DNA of 64,000 nt. Origin: Bugula neritina (taxonomy: Eukaryota > Animalia > Bryozoa). The translations under genes and the position numbers were made by a program. The notes under the pieces are model-generated. The model was not told the DNA's origin. It saw nothing but the letters and a program-made list of their open reading frames with translations, and ran no database searches. The stretch covers positions 16,792,722 to 16,856,721 of the forward strand of contig OZ037766.1 in NCBI GenBank assembly GCA_964035545.1. Direction: 5' to 3'. Position 1 is the first letter of the stretch, and the number at the start of each line of letters is the position of its first letter. Of the stretch, positions 12,101-21,893 are shown in pieces.

Positions 12101-15100
12101 CAATGAGAATCCAGACAGAACCACAGCTGGAGGACCAGGAACAGGTGGAAGACCAGATGGAGTCTCAACTGGTAGACCAGGTGTTAATGAGAATCCAGAC
12201 AGAACCACAGCTGGAGGACCAGGAACAGGTGGAAGACCAGATGGAGTCTCAACTGGTAGACCAGGTATCAATGAGAATCCAGACAAAACCACAGTTGGAG
12301 GACCAGGAACAGGTGGAAGACCAGATGGAGTCTCAACTGGTAGACCAGGTATCAATGAGAATCCAGACAAAACCACAGTTGGAGGACCTGGAACAGGTGG
12401 AAGACCAGACGAAGTCTCAACTGGTAGACCAGGTATCAATGAGAATCCAGACAAAACCACAGTTGGAGGACCAGGAACAGGTGGAAGACCAGATGGAGTC
12501 TCAACTGGTAGACCAGGTATCAATGAGAATCCAGACAGAACCACAGCTGGAGGACCAGGAACAGGTGGAAGACCAGATGGAGTCTCAACTGGTAGACCAG
12601 GTGTTAATGAGAATCCAGACAGAACCACAGCTGGAGGACCAGGAACAGGTGGAAGACCAGATGGAGTCTCAACTGGTAGACCAGGTATCAATGAGAATCC
12701 AGACAAAACCACAGTTGGAGGACCAGGAACAGGTGGAAGACCAGATGGAGTCTCAACTGGTAGACCAGGTATCAATGAGAATCCAGACAAAACCACAGTT
12801 GGAGGACCTGGAACAGGTGGAAGACCATTTGGAGTCTCAACTGGTAGACCAGGTATCAATGAGAATCCAGACAAAACCACAGCTGGAGGACCAGGAACAG
12901 GTGAACCTAGTCCCATATCATCATTGCGCCCCACAGTAGGTCATCGTCCAGAATATTGTGGTGACTGGAGTAAGTACTACAGCCTTGGAGATCCACTGCT
13001 GGAGTCTGGTGATACTGAAAGCATTGTAGCATTAACCACCAAATATAATATTTGCAACAAACCTGGTGAAAAAGTAACAAATGTAGAGTGTCGGCTGCGT
13101 GATTCTGGTGCACCATGGTCAAGTGGCTATCAGACAAATGTTGTCTGTGATATGGAGGTAAGTGATTTGTTTACTTGTTTTGGGATAAATTACAAAATAT
13201 TTTGGCCTTTACAGTATTGGGAATTTGCATATGCCCATATCCTGTTTCAGAATGATGGCCTTCGATGTCTCAATGCTGATCAGTTTGTGCCAGGATTACC
13301 AAGTCTTTCAACTTGCTTTGATTATGAGATTTCTATTCTCTGTCAGTGTGATCATGAACCACCTACCAGTGTCAAACCCGCAGTTTCAACTGTTTCTCTA
13401 CCACCCAGCAATTGTATTGAATGGGGAAGTTGGGTTGACAAGTAAGCTGCTTCTTATGTCTATAGGTTTTGAACTCTATTTATATAGTGACAACTTTTAA
13501 CTATGAATTGAAGACTAAATTATTTTGTTTTTTTTTTGGGCGAAGCATAAATTAATGGAATTGAATTGTTATAGAAATGCTGTTCCCTATTGGAGCATTA
13601 GTTGAATGCTGTACATGTATTTGATTGCAGCAATGAGCCCTATCCTCCCTCAGTTACTGATGATGAGGAACCTTTATCACAGATACTGACTCAGTACTCT
13701 AATGAAGGGTTCAGCTGTCCTATGCCAGTAGCTATTCACTGTAAAGCTGTTGATGAGGATAATAATCTTATACCATGGCTGACTACAGGCCAGGTATGTT
13801 AACATCTTTCTGTAGTTTTATTGAGTATTTAATGAGCCTGATAGCAAGATGTATTTTTTGAATTTCTCTTCTTATTGATACGTAAATAATTCAGAATGAT
13901 ACATTTCTATTTCATCTCCCATTACTTTCACGGTTTTATCTGTAACTATTTTGATTTGGTTATGTTTGGTTAACAGGATGTTGAGTGTAATCCCAATGTT
14001 GGTGTGAAGTGTACAGCTAGGTATGGCGAAACATGTCTCAACTACAAAGCTCAAATTGGGTGTCTTAAACAAACAGCAGCTTGCTGTAAGTATTTTTCAC
14101 TTTTGTAACCTGTTCATTGTTGGTTTTCTGGTTACTGGTTTTCTTTATTTTCTCTGTGTTAGCTGAATTCTATAACCTATTTAAGCTGAAATATTGTCAG
14201 CCAAATATCAATCCCAACTAATATGAATTGCTAATGTATGTCATTTTAGTGCCAACCAAACCACCAACAGTCACTCCCCCCACACAAAGCTTTGTATGCA
14301 AAGGTGTTGACCCAACAAGCTGTCCATCTTCTTGCGCAGATGGTCTTGTGTGTGACGGCACTAAATGTGTGCCCCCCAGCGAGTGCCCCTGTGTCCTCCC
14401 TGATGGACAGCACTTGTCTGTAAGTCTAGGATTTTATTGTTTTCACTTTTTCATTTGATTCAGTTTGCAAAATTATTTTAGTAGCTTTTGTAATTTTTAA
14501 TAGTATGTTTTGAGTTAAACTTGTAGCCATTTGCTACTACAAGTTTTCTTTAATTGAGTTGTAAGTAGAAAATTGCATTTATTTATGCAAAGCTGAACTT
14601 CAGGCTACTGAATAACGTTTCTTACTAAAGCACTTGTTTAGCAGTTTTAGTTTTACAAACTCAACGAAATATTCAGTAGATGTTTTGTTTAGTTTTTTTT
14701 TTGTATTTACAGCCAAGTGATCAGATCAGAAATGAGAATTGTGAGACATGTCATTGTTTCATGAGCGAACTGAAATGTACACCAGATTTGTGTCCTCCTT
14801 GTCCAGCAGTAAGTATGGTATAAACTGCCTCTACATACTCTTTGCATCATGTTTGTATTGCTTCTAAAGGTAGGTTAAACTTCTGAATACACTTCCATAA
14901 GTGAGTAAATCTTTAGTCACAGATATCTAACAAAACAGTTATTAATATTTTAAGGGACTTACTTCTACTTTCAACAAAACATGTGGATGCACATGTGAAG
15001 GCTGTAAGGTTCCTGGACATTTTATGTGTGGGGACGGTCACTGTATTCCTCCAACTCAAGTCTGTGATGGAATTGCACAATGTGATAATGATGAAAACAA

Positions 15101-18100
15101 CTGCAGTGAGTATTTAAAACAAAGTTATTATGGGAATTGTTGGATATCCTATGTTTTTCTATAAGTTTTAGTCCATGATTTTCTTACTTTCTAGCCAGAA
15201 TTTTTTTAGAGCATTTCATAGTGGTATGGATTTTCACCTCTATAAACTGCCTTTGTAGCATGTTGTGCTGCCACTTTGTTATACAATATATCAATGTAGT
15301 AGTATAATTACAAAGCAATTACACTGTAATTATTAGATTACGGAGCAGCACAATAATCATTCACAAAGTTTTTATGGCATACTGTTAGACCTTTATACAT
15401 AATTTGTGTTTTTTTAGGCCCAGGAAGGACAACACAGTTCCCGCCACTTGACAGATCAACTGCTTGTAAGTTCTCTGAGTTGTTATGCAATGGAATAGTT
15501 GACAGACTGGTGGGCTGGTTTGCAACAGTCCGACAGTTCATGGCATTTATCTAATTGTTACTCTGAGCTAATTACTGCTTATCTAGCATGTAGAATATCT
15601 TTTAAACTAAATTAGTTGCTACCTTTGAATAGAGGATACGCTACATAAGCTAAGATTGGTGTAAAGTAAAATATATACCCTCAGAAATTACTAATTATGC
15701 AACTCATTGGTGTTTTCACTTTTTGTCAATGCTGTTGATAAAAGTTGAAGTTTGGATAGCAGTTACTAAAGCACTGTGATTTAATTTTCTGTGGCTATAT
15801 CTCATAATGACAACATTGTGGTAGTGGTGAATGTAACTTCACAGCAAATTACAGAATCTTTAATGTTGGAGTGAACGGTTTGCTTTATTTGTGTTATTAC
15901 TAGCCATACATTGAGATTTAACCGAAACATGCTGGCATTTAATGAAATATTTTAACCATCTTCAGTATTGATTTTTGGAAATACAGAAAAATAAAGACTG
16001 AAAATGTTAATATGTTGCTTGGGTGATCTTATGTTATGTACCTGTTATAGAGATAACAAGATTTCCAATGTCTAAAGTAGGCATTGTGTTGCTTTGCCAA
16101 TTGTGAGGTGAACAGGCTTACCTCAATTTTGATGCACATTCTTATTTCTATGATTTTTGTTAAAGCGTAATTTTGATCCTTTGGAAGTGCTTTTTGAAAA
16201 ATAGTCACATATTGGTAATTTTATTCTTATTGCCTTCTATAAATGACTAGTGTAAATTAGCTGCATTGTTTTGATTTTAGCTTCTATGAGCCCATGTGTC
16301 TATACAAACCTGTTTGAGGTTGACAGTGATGGTAACAGTGTTCCCAGCTTTGGAGGTCAGGTGGTGAAATATTACAGGGTATGTGTACTGCAGGCAGTTT
16401 CTTCTTTATCATTCTTAAGTATAACAAATACTAGAATAACGAGTTTATTTCGCTGAATAAACTTTGATAAATTTAATTAATGCTATTCTTACCAGACAAA
16501 TGAGCATGCTAAAGAATCACGTAACACTAGAAAATATATAGTTTTTCTAGAGTTAGTATCAATAGAAGCAAATATGCAGTAACTGTGTAGTATTGTCAAA
16601 CACATGCACCTGTTTTTGATGTAATTACAGCCTAATGAAAAATGGATGGATGGTAACTGCCGAGGATGCAGCTGCGTACCTGGAGACAAACCAGGCGAGT
16701 ACAAGTCTTCCTGTGTGGACAAACAGTGTCCACTAAAGACCATACTGCAGGAGTTTGCTCGTAGGACAGATCTCACTGCATGCTGTGCTGACGTCGTGAC
16801 TGTCAGATGTCAAGCTGTCATCAATGGTATTCCAAAAATATTTCAGGTGAGATTTTTGTACTTGTGCTTTTAAACAGGCTCTTTTACAAATTTTTCATTT
16901 TATATCCAACTAAGCACGCGATATAACTGCATAGATTTTGAGGATGCCCTCTTTGAGTAAATCGTTTAGGGATCTCATAAACTTATTACGATTTGATTTG
17001 TTTAAATTGTGTTGGATGTTGTGTAAAAATTAATAATACTGTTGATTTAAGAAGCACACAGGTCTAAGATAGAAATTCTGTTACAACCAGTCATTAGTAA
17101 AACAACAAGCAATGTATTAATAAAAAAAAAACTGTGAAATCATGGTTTATCTCCTTTGTTTTGACTGTGGCCAATAAAGTGCATAACTCTGAGTACTAAT
17201 TGATAGATTATGTTTTCCAGGAAGGTGAGACTTGGCCAGATGCCACAAACCCTTGTATTCAGTACACCTGTGTGAAAGACGGTCTCTCTGGAAATGTGGC
17301 TGTGTCTCAGACCATTCAGCAGTGCAACACCAACTGTCCAACGGTGGGTATTTCTCATCATACCTTTATAATATGCTGCCATATATGTGTAGAGTTACTC
17401 AGCTAATGCCTATTTAGTCCTGCTTGTATAGCTCTAGAGAACATTATTTAATCTTTAGACACCCAACTCTATGCTCCTTGCTCTTCTACAACATCTACCT
17501 GTTTTTTATTTTAAATGCAGCAACAAATTGTTTGAATACATCCACATCTACATATGGCAATGCATGAGTAATATCAAGGCAAACCTTTTACTAGAAATGA
17601 ATTTACTTTTTATTTTTTATTTTCTTGTGACATTTTTACCTCAGCTATAAGTATATAATTAAAGTGATTTGTAGCAATCACATTGAGTAGATCTACTAGT
17701 ATTGAATGCACTTCTTGTTCACTTATGTTGTGTACTACTAAACACTCTGTACACTAGTGTGATATTAGTTAGCTTAATGGTCACCCGAAACCAATGTTGA
17801 GAGAGAAGAGTCTCCATAGCTAATGTGTGGAATCTGACTTGAAGTCATTATCACCTTGATATCAATCAATTGAGCTAGGTTATTGAATAAAGTGAAATAC
17901 TATCTAGTGCAGTTGTACTTATCTAATAGAAAAAGTATATATTGAGTAAAATGTAATAAAAGAACTTTTTGCTGCAGTTGTAGGTAGCAAACATTTTTTT
18001 GCTTTTAACTGTATCCTAAATTACTCTTTCGGATTTATTTCAGCTTTACAGCTATGATTATATTGTATATAGAAAACAATAATGCTGGTTTTGTAAAAAC

Positions 18101-19093
18101 AAATTCAGAGCTGAAATAACTACTGGAATATTTTAGGGGTCAGTATACATGCCCTTGCCTGATATGTGCTGTGGTAAATGTGAACCCCAGAGCTGCCTGC
18201 TGCCTAATGGTACGTCTGTTCCAAATGGACAAGTTATCCCATCAACCAGGAAGTGCTATGAGCACACGTGTACGATAATCAATGGGTCACCTCAACTTCT
18301 TACAGATCCTGTAAAATGTGTGGAGCCTAAGAGGTACTGCAACAAGGTAAGCAGTGCAGTAAATAGTCTTTGTGTCAGGTTATGACCTTTACTCGTGCTA
18401 TAGTTTAAATTATATTGTGTTTATCGCTAGTGTTGTACATTTGTGGTTCAACTAATATCTTAGGATGAGAAGCCTATGGACAGTGATGACTGCTGCCCTC
18501 GATGCATCTCCAAGTGTTCCGACTGCTCACCTAAGCCAGTCACCAACCAGACTCTACTTACTCTCAGGTATGGCGTGTTCTGATTTCTTTTAAGATTGTC
18601 AACATTGTGACCTATTAATAAAATCCGCAAGTTGTTGTTGCCAAATTAATCCTCTGTATTGAAAAGTCAAAAATATACTTAGAACATTGTTCCCACATTA
18701 TTCACAGTGCTTCATCAACGATACAAAATTAGACCATAATTATTTATCAGGTCCTATGTATGTATGAAACATGTAAATTTGTGAATAAAGTTTTTTAAAG
18801 TGTTGGTGACCTTTATTAGCAGCTATAACTAGTGTATTTAACTTTGTAGTTTCACTGACCCTGTCCATGGGTCGTGTACTGGGCTAGCTCGAGGACTTAA
18901 TGAGTGTAGTGGTTATTGCTCATCATCCCACACTGTCGGCTTGCCAGGAGCTGCTCCTATTTCCAACTGCAAATGCTGTAAACCAAGCAAGTACGAAGAG
19001 ATCCTTGTCCAATTTGACTGCACCAATTTACCTACGATGAAGCTGATTCAGAGTCCAACTGAGTGTGACTGTGGTCTCTGCTCAGGAAACTAG
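118..19093 (+). CDS. Giant secreted mucin/hemolectin/SCO-spondin-like protein, 5'-partial (gene starts before the window). Domain order: CysD(WxxW), array, TIL/VWC-like, CysD, array, CysD, F5/8C, array, CysD, CysD, TIL/VWC-like, LDLa, VWC-like repeats, C-terminal cystine knot
   Basis: Hand-spliced GT-AG exons: 118-252, 469-650, 2367-4866, 4961-5050, 5522-5670, 6130-6388, 7130-7331, 7526-10185, 10311-10510, 11253-11396, 11643-13157, 13251-13441, 13631-13793, 13977-14085, 14250-14419, 14713-14808, 14955-15105, 15418-15465, 16281-16378, 16631-16846, 17221-17343, 18137-18346, 18464-18567, 18850-19093 (TAG). Phases are consistent: 9959 nt plus 1 nt from an upstream exon = 3320 codons. Motifs: CVQNGWTEF..GEFETI..FC..P.DIDCRV..VTC....GFVC.N....C.DYEVRVYC (CysD); IDDSQITSSS..GRLN..W..EWIQVDL..VTGVITQG..FVTSYKV..YIRILPQTW..LRFELIGC (discoidin); FMCGDGHCIP..VCDGIAQCDNDENNC (LDLa); CSGYC..CKCC..CDC (cystine knot). 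AATAAA at 19375-19380. Confidence 0.9.
1376..1718. mobile_element. Non-autonomous MITE with about 70-bp terminal inverted repeats, PIF/Harbinger-like, in mucin intron 651-2366
   Basis: The left end GCCTAGGGCCACACGGTGCGTATTTTCGCATGTGAAAATTGAAATCACAAGTAGTAAAGGTGTCCA matches the reverse complement of the right end (about 1655-1718) with a few mismatches. Flanks are TGA/TTA, a possible imperfect 3-bp TSD. CpG-richer than the surrounding intron. Confidence 0.75.
2520..4799 (+). repeat. Coding tandem array 1: about 27 x 84 bp (28 aa, GVSTGRPGINENPDRTTAGGPGTGGRPD)
   Basis: Exact 84-bp period with no indels seen. The first unit (2520-2580) is diverged. Lies inside exon 2367-4866. Confidence 0.97.
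7599..9761 (+). repeat. Coding tandem array 2: about 26 x 84 bp, same unit as array 1
   Basis: Same consensus, inside exon 7526-10185. Carries a GGA-ATA (GGIPD) variant not seen in the other arrays. Confidence 0.97.
11817..12902 (+). repeat. Coding tandem array 3: about 13 x 84 bp, same unit
   Basis: Same consensus, inside exon 11643-13157, between the end of the discoidin domain and a CysD domain. Confidence 0.97.
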
Positions 19094-20151
19094 TGACTGA
19101 CACTCACTTTAACTCCACTATGTTATCCTCAAACAATTTTCTATTCCTTAAACATTAATATTTATTTTACAAATTTTTGCCAAAGTATAAAGTTATGGAA
19201 TTAAAGCAGTCGTGATGAGAGATCATACTTGTAATATGTTCATCATAGGTCAATGCAAACTAATGTCTAATGTTATAAAGGCCAAATGATAATATTTACT
19301 ATTTCTTCTTCCTGTAGATGCTACTCAAATTTGAAAAGTTTTTGCAACATGCTTTGTGATTTTTTATTTGTTAAAATAAACTTTATATCAGATTGTATGT
19401 ATGCTCATTGTTCTTTTATGCTTTTCCGGTATATTTGTATAAAGTTTACAAAAACATGCTTCATAATTCAATCACAATAGGATGAAGTTCAAAAGTAATG
19501 ATGTTATAAATATGCACCCTAAGGCTTTCATTAGTAATTTGCTTCTGATTTGCTTAATAATGTTTGCTGATAAATAGATTGGGCCCACATATTTAGTACA
19601 ATAAGCATTTCAGTGTGTCAACCGAAATAGTTTTTGATGGTTAGGCTGCATTAACTTCCAACAAATCACAACCTGACATGTTTTGACTAAACCATTATTC
19701 TTGATCTCAATAACTTTAAAGCCATAATAATATAGTGTGTTTATAAGCTATGAATAGCCTTTACAAAGGCTCTATTAACATTCCTGAGTTGTTTGGTTAC
19801 AGCACCTGGCATTCAAAACATGGCATTATTTTTATTCAATTGCTTATGAAGTCCTAAATGACTTGCATATAAGAAAAAGTAAAAGTTTTCTTTCATCAGT
19901 GCACAGACAGATTTCAATACTTTTTCGTGGCTGCACTAAATTATTTGGCGATATTTTAAAAAGAAAGTTAGAAACTTTGTCACTGTGACAAAAGTACCAA
20001 TACTTGAGTTTTCAGCATTACCTGATGGTCTAATTTTTGTACAAACTTGTTCTCGTGTTCTATGTCATTAGGTAAGCTACCAAATTCTATTCTCATGTTA
20101 TAAAATATATGGTAAGTGTGTGTGCCTTAGGTATGCGCTATCACAAGTTTG

Positions 20152-20152
<1 letters not shown>

Positions 20153-20206
<54 letters not shown>
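20153..20206. repeat. (TA)n microsatellite
   Basis: Perfect TA run of about 54 bp. Confidence 0.95.
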
Positions 20207-20209
<3 letters not shown>

Positions 20210-21130
20210 TGGGCCAGTACACACATTCACATAATATGCTGTTCAATATGAAATAATGGCTGTCAAAAAGTGTAAGATGCGCAATTAATTGTCATATACA
20301 GCAAGGATAGCATAATGATATATTAAACTATGTTTCAATTTGTAGTGATATGATAACAAAAATTTGTATAAACATGTGCATGTAGGAAACAATTTAGAGA
20401 CAGGGGTATTAGTTAGCTAAACTTTGCGTTTGCTAGCTACTAGGTCACCTAAAATCTGTTATATGGTGATAGTTGACATATAGTACATTGTTTTATAAAT
20501 CTATAAATATTATTTGAGAAAGAAATACTCTACTAGCTTGTTTAAAAAATTGATTTGTGCTTATTGAACTCATGGTAGTAGATCATTTGATCTATCTCAT
20601 ATTGGTTTAAGTTTCATATAACATGGAAGATGGTTAATTGAGCTTCTTTGACAATTACCTTTGATTACAAAACATTCAAGTGCAAGACAGAATAGGCACA
20701 ATGCATTTGAATACGTACAAATGGTAGAAATATATTATATAGCCAATAGCAACTGCATATCACAATATGTTTTTTAACATGGTATAATATATACCAGATT
20801 TGGAACAGTGAATGTTTTGATAACTAATGAAGATGCAACAAAAACTGTAATAAACTTTTTTCACTGTACGGTAATTCACTTTTTTGAATCAATATTGCTA
20901 TAGTTATACATAAATGTACAGTTTATTGAAAACTCTGCTGGTTGATTGGCTGGTGAGTATCGACATAGCTGTGAGTTATGTGCAGTCAAGGAACTACTGT
21001 TTTTAATAGTTTAGATTGTGTTTCTCCCCGTGTGATTAAGCTAAAATACAGCTAAAACAATGTGCTGCTAATGAGAGAGGGCAACTCCCATCTGATCAAT
21101 AAATTGTTTTGATCTCCGTAGCTAATAGAA

Positions 21131-21862
21131 ATGGTAAACCTGCCGAAAATGAAAGTCATACACTACGAATTGAAAAACTCTTTCATAGACCAGGTAAGGC
21201 CATATACTATGCATCTAAAATTGTGCAGATTTACTTTATTATAATGCATCTAATCTTGACTGTAGGTGGATATTATCTATTGTAAAGACAAATTTGTTTA
21301 AACTGTCAAAGTGAGCACATATGTGCTGGAGCAACGTATTACAGCATGTTATGAAAATGAAACATGCTTTCACATTATATACCACATAATGTGTGTTTTG
21401 TGTGTTTTGTGTGTTGCGTGCGTTGTGTGTGGTGTGTGGTGTGTGGTGTGTGGTGTGTGGTGTGTTGCGTGCGTTGTGTGTGGTGTGTGGTGTGTGTACA
21501 TTAGATCAATGCTCTCCTGTAACTACTATATATTTCAAGAATGCAACCATGAATACTATAGAATCACAAATAATGCTTTTATTGATGTATTTATTTACAA
21601 GGTTAATGCCTTGTTGCATCCTGTGCACTAAAGTTTAACTTGTGCTTTACTAATTCCCTCTTAGCCACACCAGATATAATAAACACTACAATTACATTCA
21701 GCTGTCAGATTTTAATGTATACTGATATAGCTGTTCAATTGTAACTAGAAACTGTATCAAGAGGTCAATATTTGATTCTGTAACAAAACACCATAACATA
21801 GTTAACATAGCAGGTTAGAGTCAACTTTTTCCTACAGTAGTTTACACGCACACGCACACGCG

Positions 21863-21893
<31 letters not shown>

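Noticed and set aside
2520-12902. Regular repeats superficially like a CRISPR array
   Set aside because: They are head-to-tail units with no unique spacers, in frame within spliced eukaryotic exons, and there are no cas genes.
2471-12934. Long antisense Pro/Gly/Val ORFs (2471-4846, 7511-9766, 11729-12934)
   Set aside because: These are shadows of the repeat. A stop in this register needs a sense Tyr/Gln/His codon after a pyrimidine-ending codon, and the unit has none. They end close to the array edges and show no independent gene structure.
2350-12939. Long overlapping Q/E-rich ORFs in a second plus frame (2350-4059, 4060-4824, 7534-9876, 11761-12939) suggesting dual coding
   Set aside because: They are open only because one 84-bp unit lacks a stop in that frame. 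They are essentially confined to the arrays and do not splice in phase with the Cys-rich exons. A single CCA>CTA variant creates a stop at 4057-4059, showing no constraint on this frame.
21311-21638. Cys/Val/Trp-rich ORFs
   Set aside because: Translations of a TG microsatellite in an intron.
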